From contig DAOWHJ010000159.1 in the NCBI GenBank assembly GCA_030641485.1, positions 1 to 49,413 of the forward strand: 49,413 bases of DNA, written 5' to 3'. Source of the DNA: Pseudomonadota bacterium. Lineage in GTDB: Bacteria > Desulfobacterota > Anaeroferrophillalia > Anaeroferrophillales > Tharpellaceae. The position numbers were made by a program, and so were the translations under genes. Below, piece after piece: positions 19,273-27,931 of this stretch. The stretch's first letter is position 1. Every line of letters starts with the position of its first letter. A model generated the notes under the pieces. The model did no database searches and was not told where the DNA came from. It saw nothing but the letters and a program-made list of their open reading frames with translations.

Positions 19273-21192
19273 ATGGTGGCAGATCTATGCTACAATCAAA
19301 TTACTATTAAATATAAGTATCAAACCCTAAACACTCTGGCCCTAACCTCTCTTCCTATGTATCAATCCTTTATTTTCTATATCATCGTTATCGTAACCTA
19401 CACGGCGCGACCTGAACCTGACCCGAAAAGTTTTCAGGCCGGACTGAGCCTGTTACTGGTTGTAACTCTGCTTACTCTCCTCTACGGGGCCGCACGCTGG
19501 CGCTGCCGCTCAATCTCTGTAAACATATCTGACTACAAAATAGACCGTGAGCAACTACCAGCTCTCTATGACCGGGTGCAATTGCAACTGCAGATTGGTG
19601 CTGTAATAGTTTTTTCAGTAATGGTCTATGGTGCCGACTTAGGGGGTCTGATTGAACTTTTACCTCTAGTGAAATCAAGTGAAGGAGTGAGCAGTGTTCT
19701 GGGCTTAGGTATCTTTTTTCTCCTCCAAATTATTATCTGGAGAGAGTGTCATGGCTACTTTGCCGAACAGATTATCCTCATCAAACCCTGTTCGTCTTAC
19801 ATTAAAGCCCGTTTACGATTCGCTCTAGGACTCATGATTCCCTGGTTGAGTCTGCTCTTGATTATCGACCTTTTAAACTTCGCAATACCAAAATCAGTGA
19901 CACTTTTGCTCCAAAATCCGTTGGGAGAAATTGCTCTTTTTGTCGCTTTCCTGCTCCTATTGACAACCATAGCCCCGCCGCTACTGGTACGTCTGTGGGG
20001 CTGTCGCAACCTGCCCGAATCGGCTTTGCGCCATGCGGTCGTTAAGCTTTGCCAGGCCCAAGGGGTTGGCTACCGCCAGATTATGCTCTGGCCCTCTTTT
20101 GAGGGCCGGATGGCAACTGCTGCCGTAGTCGGAGCTTTCCCTTTCAGCCGCTACCTGCTCTTAACCCCAGATCTGATTCATCTGCTTAACGGTGAAGAGA
20201 TCATAGCGGTAACCAGCCACGAATTAGGCCATGTTCGTTATCGTCACCTGCTCTTTTTTCTGCTCTTTTTCTTAAGTTTCTTTCTCTTTAACTTTCTCTA
20301 TTATAACATTGGCATTGCCTGGCTTTTAACTACCGCCCCGATTATCGCCCTGCTTGAAAATGGCTTTGAAAATTCGCAGCTCTTTTTCTCACTTCTGGAA
20401 GTCTTACCTCTCCTGATTCTCTATTTTCTCTTTTTTCGTTATATCTTCGGCTTTTTCCTGCGTAATTTTGAACGCCAAGCTGATCTCGCCAGCCTCGACC
20501 CACCAAATCTCGGGCCCGAACTGGTTTCAGCATTCATAAAACTCGGCTTTCTCCTGGGATCAGCAGGTACGAAGCCCAACTGGCATCATTTCAACATTCC
20601 GCAACGGGTCGCATTTCTAAAAGCGGCAATCAGTAACCCGGCTGTGGCCAGAAAACATCACCTCTATATCAAGAGATCCCTGGCACTTTATGTGATATTT
20701 TTCACCCTGATCATTCTCCCCGGAATTTACTGGCAGCGATCTGACCTGGATGGCAAACTCCACTACCAGCACCTCAGCAAGCGCCTTGAATACCGGTTGA
20801 AAAAAAGCCCTGACAAACCTGAACTCTGGTTTTTACTAAGCTCAATTTACATTGAGACCAATCAGGAAGATAAAGCTGTTAACGCCCTGGACCAAGCCCG
20901 TAGGTTAAAACCAAAAGACCCGGAAATCATGAATAATCTCGCCTGGCTCTTACTCACCAGTAAGGATCAAAAATTACGCGACCCAAGCCAAGCATTAAAC
21001 CTTGCCCAAAGGGCTGCAACCTTAAACCAGACGCCCTATATTCTTGACACCTTAGCCGAAGCCTACTGGTATCAAGGAAACCCAGAGATGGCTATTATAA
21101 TTGCGGAAAAAATATTAAAGGACCATCACAGTCCTGACCAGAAAGAGTATTACCAACAACAACTAAATAAATTCAGATACCAACAACCATAG
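19273..21192 (+). CDS. Integral-membrane M48-family zinc metallopeptidase with C-terminal TPR repeats
   Basis: 639 aa with multiple TM segments. It has an HEXXH motif (TSHELGHVRYRH) and a C-terminal TPR-like region (ELWFLLSSIYIETNQEDKAVNALDQARRLKP...). The start is uncertain; an alternative is Met at 19357. Confidence 0.75.
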   Translation: MVADLCYNQITIKYKYQTLNTLALTSLPMYQSFIFYIIVIVTYTARPEPDPKSFQAGLSLLLVVTLLTLLYGAARWRCRSISVNISDYKIDREQLPALYDRVQLQLQIGAVIVFSVMVYGADLGGLIELLPLVKSSEGVSSVLGLGIFFLLQIIIWRECHGYFAEQIILIKPCSSYIKARLRFALGLMIPWLSLLLIIDLLNFAIPKSVTLLLQNPLGEIALFVAFLLLLTTIAPPLLVRLWGCRNLPESALRHAVVKLCQAQGVGYRQIMLWPSFEGRMATAAVVGAFPFSRYLLLTPDLIHLLNGEEIIAVTSHELGHVRYRHLLFFLLFFLSFFLFNFLYYNIGIAWLLTTAPIIALLENGFENSQLFFSLLEVLPLLILYFLFFRYIFGFFLRNFERQADLASLDPPNLGPELVSAFIKLGFLLGSAGTKPNWHHFNIPQRVAFLKAAISNPAVARKHHLYIKRSLALYVIFFTLIILPGIYWQRSDLDGKLHYQHLSKRLEYRLKKSPDKPELWFLLSSIYIETNQEDKAVNALDQARRLKPKDPEIMNNLAWLLLTSKDQKLRDPSQALNLAQRAATLNQTPYILDTLAEAYWYQGNPEMAIIIAEKILKDHHSPDQKEYYQQQLNKFRYQQP

Positions 21193-21221
21193 AAACAGAT
21201 CACAACTACCCTTTGTAACCC

Positions 21222-21713
21222 TTAATTCATTACCTCTTTGAGTTTTTTGATAACATTCCGGTTCAGGGTCTGGGCACAATAGGTACCGCCACGACTGGAA
21301 CCGGCACCATCTTCCCAGGCTGCCAAAGATTTCCCACGTCCATCAAGTAGATGATACTTCAGGTCAAGAGAGGATGCACCTGCGCCAAAACCGATAAAAG
21401 CGCGGGCAGCCCGGTTGCCAGCCTTGAACTTGGCAACCTCAACGATTAAAAGATGTCCTGACCCTTTAAAATCCTTCCGCTTCTTGATTAATTTCGCTTC
21501 AAATCCGACTTTGTTTAATTGTTTAATGATATCCCGATCCATCCATTTACCAACCCGCTCAAGTTCCACCACTTGATCATGAGTTAACTTACTGGTATCG
21601 CCGCGCAATGAAAGTACCGACATTTCTCCAGCCAAACCAGCTACAACAGTTGAGCCAGCAACAAAAGTTACAAAGATCAACGAAGCACAAAACAAAAATA
21701 GTTTTTTAGACAA
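21222..21713 (-). CDS. Small lipoprotein-like protein (DUF4410-like; low confidence on family)
   Basis: The track ORF is 21222-21767. The probable start is TTG at 21713 after GGAGA, giving MSKKLFLFCASLIFVTFVAGS. The segment KFKAGNRAARAFIGFGAGASSLDLKYHLLD resembles DUF4410 lipoproteins from memory. Confidence 0.45.
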   Translation of the reverse strand: MSKKLFLFCASLIFVTFVAGSTVVAGLAGEMSVLSLRGDTSKLTHDQVVELERVGKWMDRDIIKQLNKVGFEAKLIKKRKDFKGSGHLLIVEVAKFKAGNRAARAFIGFGAGASSLDLKYHLLDGRGKSLAAWEDGAGSSRGGTYCAQTLNRNVIKKLKEVMN

Positions 21714-21850
21714 GATAATTCTCCACAAAAATAAAAATTTAAAAGATACGCAACTATTCACAGCCATTACCGACTAGGTAGGGAAGAGTCACCTCACTGA
21801 CCCCAACGAAATCTCGCCCCGCCAACAACTCAGCTCGTCACTGGCAATTG

Positions 21851-21905
21851 TGCCCTTCAGGGTGAAACGGCCTGGAGGTATGTCCCCACATCGAGACATG
21901 TCGAA
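21851..21905 (-). repeat. Intergenic repeat family, short copy E
   Basis: CCCTTCAGGGTG (21854-21865) and CTGGAGGTATGTCCCCACATCGA (21872-21894) match the reverse complement of copy A (6888-6899 and 6825-6847). Confidence 0.65.
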
Positions 21906-21929
21906 CCAAAACTGGGTATTTAATAAACA

Positions 21930-21953
21930 GTATTGAAAATTAATTTTCAATAC
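21930..21953. repeat. Perfect 24-bp palindrome GTATTGAAAATTAATTTTCAATAC; candidate operator
   Basis: It is an exact dyad. It lies between the terminator of the 22023-22874 gene and the promoter region of the 21222-21713 gene. Confidence 0.8.
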
Positions 21954-21954
21954 C

Positions 21955-21996
21955 TCTAAAAAAAGGACGTTGGTTTTTTCAACCCAACGTCCTTTT
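21955..21996 (-). terminator. Rho-independent terminator of the 22023-22874 gene
   Basis: AAAAGGACGTTGG / CCAACGTCCTTTT forms a 13-bp stem, followed on the minus strand by a T-run. Confidence 0.75.
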
Positions 21997-22022
21997 CAAA
22001 GTACGGCTAAAACTGAATCTAA

Positions 22023-22874
22023 CTATTTGAATTGAGTCTCCTCAACAATAACCTGATAGCGATAACCGGCGCCAAAATCTTTGTCGGCGGCGAGAACTCC
22101 TTCACCAGTCAGAACTTCTCCGACAGTTGGTTGCTGCTGTGAGGTCAAAACTAGGTCATGGGTACCCGCTTCAAGTTTGCCACTACCATCCTGTAAGTGA
22201 ATCCAATTTTTTCCCATGATATTGGCGGAGACCTTAACCACCTTGCCGCGAATAGCAACCTTCTTCTGATTCAATTTCGCTCCCTTCTCATAGATCTCGG
22301 CAACCGTAAAAGCGTTATCTCCAGAAGCCTTTTCAATTGCGAGGTCCAACGGCGGTACCGTTACCCGACCTGAGGACTTCATCGACCCCATGCCCCCACC
22401 ACCCATAGCGGCCATCCCCATACCGGAACCAGCGTGAGGGGCTGCAGCACCGGCATCTTTCTCACCACCACTTGGACAAGCTCCGGCGGTAGCCGCCGAG
22501 GCTCCGTGACCACCCGCTTTACCAGATGTAAAAACAACTTCGTCAAATGTCCGGTTAAGGGTCTCACTCTTAAAGTTACGCATGACCATGCCCGGAGCAA
22601 AAGCTGCGGATTGGCCGACTGTAACTATAGTTTTTGGGGCTGCTACCCACTTCTCACCCGACTCTGTCGCCAGAAGAACGTAAGTGTAGCCGCCACTATC
22701 CATAGTCTCCAAAACCTTACCAGTAAGCGTGCCGGACGGCACCGCTTTATTTACAGCCCCAGCGGGACTCTCCATTTTAGCCGAGTGGGCTGTCTTATGA
22801 TTCTGCATTACCAACAAAACCGCAGCTCCCGCAATTACCACCACCACCATTAACCCAGCCAGTAAACGTTTCAT
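22023..22874 (-). CDS. Membrane-anchored periplasmic protein with two OB-fold-like (YgiW/BOF, tRNA_anti-like) regions joined by a Gly/Met/His-rich linker
   Basis: 283 aa with an N-terminal TM anchor. It has the GKVLETMDSGGYTYVLL... and GKVVKVSANIMGKNWIHLQDGSG... modules. The linker is GGHGASAATAGACPSGGEKDAGAAAPHAGSGMGMAAMGGGGMGSMK. The family assignment is from memory only. Confidence 0.4.
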   Translation of the reverse strand: MKRLLAGLMVVVVIAGAAVLLVMQNHKTAHSAKMESPAGAVNKAVPSGTLTGKVLETMDSGGYTYVLLATESGEKWVAAPKTIVTVGQSAAFAPGMVMRNFKSETLNRTFDEVVFTSGKAGGHGASAATAGACPSGGEKDAGAAAPHAGSGMGMAAMGGGGMGSMKSSGRVTVPPLDLAIEKASGDNAFTVAEIYEKGAKLNQKKVAIRGKVVKVSANIMGKNWIHLQDGSGKLEAGTHDLVLTSQQQPTVGEVLTGEGVLAADKDFGAGYRYQVIVEETQFK

Positions 22875-23017
22875 TCATATCTCCTTTTGAAACAAAGTTA
22901 ATAAAGTTGCATTTTATAATTTAAGCCACATTTGCCGCGAAATCCAGAGCAAACCGGGCCCACAAATAAACCAGACAATTACAGTCCAATATAGTACGCC
23001 ATCAACAAAAAGTCTAC

Positions 23018-23056
23018 CCAAAAAAAAAGACTCCTTAATTTAGTAAGGAGTCTTTT
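23018..23056 (-). terminator. Rho-independent terminator of the oxidoreductase gene
   Basis: AAAGACTCCTTA / TAAGGAGTCTTT forms a 12-bp stem with a T-run on the minus strand, 25 nt after the stop. Confidence 0.75.
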
Positions 23057-23080
23057 GGGAAATCGTCACTCGGTCTCTGA

Positions 23081-26000
23081 TTAACGATCTTTGATTAGCT
23101 CCTCAATTTCCTCTTCACTAAGAACATCCTGACGCAAGCCCGCCCGGAACTGATTCAGGGACCAGAGATAGAGATTTTGGCGCTCGTTAACTTTAACAAT
23201 TTCATCAAGAGTCTTTTCGTCTCCCGTAAACTGACCCAAAAGATCGACGACATCACGGAAAGACGTAGGCTTAATCTCTTTACCTTTAACCTTGCGAGTT
23301 TTGGGGTAGGCCTCCTCAAGATCAGGATTACCGGTGAGATCGATTCGGGCATACGGTTTTCTGGTGAAAATTGTCCAGGCCCGAGAATCGACCATCATCT
23401 TCGAGAGTTTAATCGGCAAATCATCAGTTGCCATTCCCTGACCAGTCGGACAAGGCGAGAAAAACTCAATCAAAGACGGTCCTTTATAGGCGATCGCCTC
23501 AGTCAGAATGCGCATTGCATAAACCGGGTTGGAGAGAGAGAGACGCGCGACATAAACCCCGGGGATAGCCATCGCCTGGCCAACAATTTCACGATGAAAA
23601 TCATCCTTGCCCTGAAGCTCAAGACCATAAGGCGAGGTCGTCCGATTAGAACCAAAACGACTCGCGCCCGACTTCTGAAAACCGGTATTCATATAAGCTT
23701 CATTATTGTAGATAATCCAGGTCACATCCTGGTTCTCACCTAAGGCAAAATTGAGTCCCTGATTACCAATATCGTAGAATGAACCATCACCACCAAAGAC
23801 TAAGACCTTGGTCAATTTATCAAGATACTGATTACGGAAAGCATTGAAAAGTGAAATCCGTGCCCCCAACCCCGCAGCACTAGCGGTACCAAAGCCATAG
23901 TGACCGGATGGATAAACCCGGGCATTATAGGGGTTGCTTAAACATGAAACTTCGGCACAACCGGTGGCATTGACCGTATAGACATTAAAGCCGTGGTCGA
24001 TCATATGCTGAAGCCCGCGGCCATGCTCGCGGGTCATCAGAGCCGGGATTGAACGATAAAAATCAGAGATCAGCCGCGGGTTCCGGCGGACCATTTCTGT
24101 CGCAGAAAAGACCAGGTTTTCAATGATGCCCTCGCCACAACCAGGACAGAGACTGTGACCACCGGGAATAAATTTCTGCCCAGAGTAGAGCAACATCATC
24201 TGTTGCAGATAGCGATTTTCCTTAACATAGGGTGCAACCGCCCCACTTACATCCTTCTCATATGTTTCAGGATCAAGGAAACGTGCGTCCGCGTCATTAT
24301 CGAGACAGCTTTTATCCACCAGCGAGAAGGCCTTGGTTTTACAAACCTCGACACAGGCACCACACCCCTTACAGAACTGGGGAACCACATTGATATTTAA
24401 GTAGCTATCCTTAAAAACAGCGTCACCATAACCGGTGAATTTCTTTAATTCCAGGGGGCGAAAAAGCTCTTTAGAGGCCTCTGACAGATCCCCATGTTCG
24501 CGGTCATGTAATAGGGTTACCCGCAGGGCATTATCGGGACAGGTCGCAATACATAGACCACAGGCAATACACTTTTCCGCATCAAAGACCGGCAGGGTCG
24601 TGCCAATCAAGCTGGTATCATTATACTCCGAGGTTCTTGCCGGAACAATGTTGTAGTACTGATCCCAGGGGATATCTTTGCCTTCCTGAATCGGTTTAAG
24701 AACTTTTTCGATAAAGAGGGGTCGATATTTATCACCTAAGACCGAAGGAAATGTCAGCACCGCATTTTCATCAGATTCACTATAGCCGCGGGAGATCGGC
24801 GGGTCATAGTAGATCTTCTTGACTAAAGGTTTACAATCTGAGTCCGGTTTATCACTAACATTAACTTTCGCCTCAACGCTTACACCAGAGTCACCATTAG
24901 CCTCAATAAGCTCGTAAGGAACCTCTAGAAGTTGCATGTTTATATCAACCAGTTTTGCCTTCTGGCCGCTGAATTTTCCGCTGAGTTCACTACGAAAAGC
25001 CTCATTAAATTCATCCCCGGGAAGAAGCTCGATAATTCGGTTGATGGCACCCAAAATCGGGGTACCGGGAAGATTACGCTTCAATTGCGCAACTGAGGCC
25101 CCGGTAGCATCGAGCAGAACCACATTAAAAGACGCATCCTCTAATAGGTCCCGCACCTCAGGAGTTGCCTGAAGTTTCAAATCGGCAAAACTTTTGACTG
25201 TATTGACAACTAAATAGCCGCCGGGCTTGACCCCCCTAATAAAATTTAAGAGACTGTTGTCAAGCATATATTTATCATTAAAAATTGCCAGGGTTTCAAC
25301 CTTACTGACATCCGAACAGATCCGTATCGGCTTAGTTGATACTCGAGCATTCATAACCACCATGCCGCCCTTACGTGCGGCCCCATATTTGGCACTGGTC
25401 TGAACATATTTACCGGCTTTGGCAATTATTTTGGCCAAAGTTTCCTGCGCGGTTTTTACACCTTCAGCCCCAACTCCGATAAAGCCTAAGCCAACCTCAC
25501 TCTCAACAAAGTCATCATGAACAACCTTATCAAGCATCTGCGGACCCGTAATGCCCAAGCCGTAAATACCGGCCGGTTTTTGCGAAAGCATATTTTCGAT
25601 TACGGCAAAACAGTCCTCAATACTGAAATCCTGACTTCCGAGACCGTAAATCCCGGAAGTGATAACCGGATTAAAACTTCGCCCGGTACGCTCATTATAT
25701 GCAGCATGCTTGACATCCCGCAAAAGATAGCGCTCATTAGCCAAGGCAGTTTTTTCCAGAACCGAAACCACTTTAGCATTCTGAATCCCCCGCGCAATTT
25801 CCTCACTACAAACCGGAAAGAAAAGTACAGGTCGTAAGAGCCCGACCGAAACGCCTTTACTACGATAATAATCAATCGCCTCTTTCATGGTTCCAGCTGC
25901 GGCCCCAAGACAGACAACTACATATTCAGACTCAGAGGCGTAATAATCCTCAACCACATCAAGCTCGGTCCCCAAAATTGCGTTCATAACCCGCATCGCT

Positions 26001-26860
26001 GCCTTAACATACTTCTTGGCATTCAACAGGGCCATATCCTGTTTCATCTGGGTCGGCATTGTCGTGCCGATATCGGTAAAAGTTCCCATCAATACCGGAT
26101 TATTAAAATCGGGCTGAAATAGACGATTGGGATCACCAAGAAAATATTTGAGGAACTGATCCGAGACTATCTTGATATTTTCAATACTGTGACTCTTAAG
26201 AAACCCCTCACCCCCAACAATTGCCGGCAGCATCACCTGACGCTGCTCAATTGCCTTAAACGCCAAAGGAATTAGATAGTGCATTTCCTGATTATCGGCA
26301 CTCATAAACTGCAACCAGCCAGCCCCGCGCGCAGCATAGAGGTCAGCATGACCATTATGAATACTCAGACCGCCCTTATTGAGCTCACGAGTCTGCATCG
26401 TCATAACCACCGGCAGTCGCTTACCGGCAACCGAATACATATTCTTATACTTATAAGTTAACCCTTGAGATGATGTATTATCGGCATAACGCCCACCCTG
26501 CGAGGCGGCCCCCTCTAAGAAAGCCATCGCCCCGAGCTCACTCTCGGGCTGAAAGTAGAAAATACGCTCGCCAAAGGCATTGACAAATCCATCAGCATAG
26601 GCTTTAGCCATTCCCTCAGCAATTGGCGTTGATGGTGTAATCGGATAACCAACCAACCCGGTAACCGTCCGTTTGAGAACATTAACCGTGGCACTATTGC
26701 CATCACCGATAAAATCTTCCTGCTCACACATCTTTGCAAAGTCAGGACCCGCAGTACTCTTGATATCATCAACGTACTTATCCTGGTCGAAAAGCCGGGC
26801 ACCATTGAAATTAAAATCAAAATCTTTCTTAAAATTGATCTCTCTCTTTTTCAAAACCAT
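23081..26860 (-). CDS. Fused (single-polypeptide) 2-oxoacid:ferredoxin oxidoreductase, PFOR/NifJ-like
   Basis: 1259 aa. It has the alpha-type domain (GYPITPSTPIAE), a gamma-type domain, two 4Fe-4S ferredoxin motifs (CIACGLCIATCP; CKGCGACVEVCK) and a TPP-binding beta-type domain (GGDGSFYDIGNQGLN). This is the same domain order as PFOR. It has about 50 extra N-terminal residues. Confidence 0.85.
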   Translation of the reverse strand: MVLKKREINFKKDFDFNFNGARLFDQDKYVDDIKSTAGPDFAKMCEQEDFIGDGNSATVNVLKRTVTGLVGYPITPSTPIAEGMAKAYADGFVNAFGERIFYFQPESELGAMAFLEGAASQGGRYADNTSSQGLTYKYKNMYSVAGKRLPVVMTMQTRELNKGGLSIHNGHADLYAARGAGWLQFMSADNQEMHYLIPLAFKAIEQRQVMLPAIVGGEGFLKSHSIENIKIVSDQFLKYFLGDPNRLFQPDFNNPVLMGTFTDIGTTMPTQMKQDMALLNAKKYVKAAMRVMNAILGTELDVVEDYYASESEYVVVCLGAAAGTMKEAIDYYRSKGVSVGLLRPVLFFPVCSEEIARGIQNAKVVSVLEKTALANERYLLRDVKHAAYNERTGRSFNPVITSGIYGLGSQDFSIEDCFAVIENMLSQKPAGIYGLGITGPQMLDKVVHDDFVESEVGLGFIGVGAEGVKTAQETLAKIIAKAGKYVQTSAKYGAARKGGMVVMNARVSTKPIRICSDVSKVETLAIFNDKYMLDNSLLNFIRGVKPGGYLVVNTVKSFADLKLQATPEVRDLLEDASFNVVLLDATGASVAQLKRNLPGTPILGAINRIIELLPGDEFNEAFRSELSGKFSGQKAKLVDINMQLLEVPYELIEANGDSGVSVEAKVNVSDKPDSDCKPLVKKIYYDPPISRGYSESDENAVLTFPSVLGDKYRPLFIEKVLKPIQEGKDIPWDQYYNIVPARTSEYNDTSLIGTTLPVFDAEKCIACGLCIATCPDNALRVTLLHDREHGDLSEASKELFRPLELKKFTGYGDAVFKDSYLNINVVPQFCKGCGACVEVCKTKAFSLVDKSCLDNDADARFLDPETYEKDVSGAVAPYVKENRYLQQMMLLYSGQKFIPGGHSLCPGCGEGIIENLVFSATEMVRRNPRLISDFYRSIPALMTREHGRGLQHMIDHGFNVYTVNATGCAEVSCLSNPYNARVYPSGHYGFGTASAAGLGARISLFNAFRNQYLDKLTKVLVFGGDGSFYDIGNQGLNFALGENQDVTWIIYNNEAYMNTGFQKSGASRFGSNRTTSPYGLELQGKDDFHREIVGQAMAIPGVYVARLSLSNPVYAMRILTEAIAYKGPSLIEFFSPCPTGQGMATDDLPIKLSKMMVDSRAWTIFTRKPYARIDLTGNPDLEEAYPKTRKVKGKEIKPTSFRDVVDLLGQFTGDEKTLDEIVKVNERQNLYLWSLNQFRAGLRQDVLSEEEIEELIKDR

Positions 26861-27046
26861 TTACTTAACTCTCCTGAATTACAAAACTATTCAACCAGAC
26901 TTATAAAAAATAAAACCATTCTAAAAGGACCTCGCCAAAGTATTTTAAGCCCATGCTACAAGATTGAGTGACCACGGCCAAAAAACCAGACTCATAACTA
27001 TTCAAACGTGACCCTATACGCTAAAAAGCTGACGATGGCAACCTAA

Positions 27047-27064
27047 ATTGTTGTATACAAGAAT
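27047..27064. promoter_or_regulatory. Imperfect 18-bp palindrome ATTgTTGTATACAAgAAT (perfect 10-bp core); candidate operator upstream of the oxidoreductase gene
   Basis: It has dyad symmetry with one mismatched pair. It lies about 190 nt upstream of the 26860 start in a 500-nt AT-rich spacer. Confidence 0.3.
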
Positions 27065-27277
27065 CCGAAAACAAGATAAATATACTTAATAAACAAGACG
27101 ATAGCTAGCGCCCAATAAAAACAATCACATCACTGACACTTTCACCTCAGAGCATTATTGAAGAAACCAAGAGAAGCTTTCCATCGTTACTCGAGAAACA
27201 AATAACTTTTTTTTATTAATTTACACACCCTCACTAACGAAGAGAATTTTCAAGGTAGAATTTCGGCATTTGTTTGG

Positions 27278-27305
27278 TTGACAAACATCATAAGAAAAGT
27301 ATAGA
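27278..27305 (+). promoter_or_regulatory. Candidate sigma-70 promoter of the CBS-pair gene
   Basis: TTGACA (27278-27283), a 16-nt spacer, then TATAGA (27300-27305). Confidence 0.35.
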
Positions 27306-27417
27306 GTGAGCCATTGAGATTTGTAGAGAAAAGTTCAAAACAGAGTGTCTTTACATACTAATGTTACGAGTATTTTTCACAGAAACACTCGTGCAAGCAA
27401 GTGACGAGGTAAGCCTA

Positions 27418-27834
27418 ATGAAGGTGAGTGAAATCATGAATCCAGAGGTAATGAGCGTCACCCCACAGGATCGGGTCTGTGATGTCATTGACCTCTTTTT
27501 GGAAAAGAATATAACCGGGGCTCCGGTTATCGATCAAGGTAAAGTTACAGGAATCATCTCAAGAAAGGATATCTTGCCACTGGTCACAACCTTTGACCTT
27601 GACTGCAGCTCTCTTGAGCAGATTCGCAGAACCTGTGCCCATTACGTTTCTGACCATATGCAAAAGGACGTGATCGTTGTCACGCCCGTAGAAGATGTCG
27701 AAAAATGCGCTCTGATTATGACCAACAACAATATCAATCGCCTACCGGTGGTTGATGGTGGTGCGCTAGTTGGTATCATTACTCGAGGAGATATTTTGAA
27801 GGCCTTGGCCAAATGTTGCTTAAACCATGAATAA
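27418..27834 (+). CDS. Stand-alone CBS-pair domain protein
   Basis: The track ORF is 27361-27834. The probable start is ATG 27418 (GAGGT upstream), giving MKVSEIMNPEVMSVTP. It has two CBS motifs (ITGAPVIDQGKVTGIISRKDIL; INRLPVVDGGALVGIITRGDILKAL). Confidence 0.8.
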   Translation: MKVSEIMNPEVMSVTPQDRVCDVIDLFLEKNITGAPVIDQGKVTGIISRKDILPLVTTFDLDCSSLEQIRRTCAHYVSDHMQKDVIVVTPVEDVEKCALIMTNNNINRLPVVDGGALVGIITRGDILKALAKCCLNHE

Positions 27835-27931
27835 CTGCCGCCCAAAGCTGGGACTGGCCGCTTGAAAAGACTCACGAAAACCTATCCCTAGTAACACCTT
27901 AAGCCGACCCTAAAGGTACAAATCGATTGAG

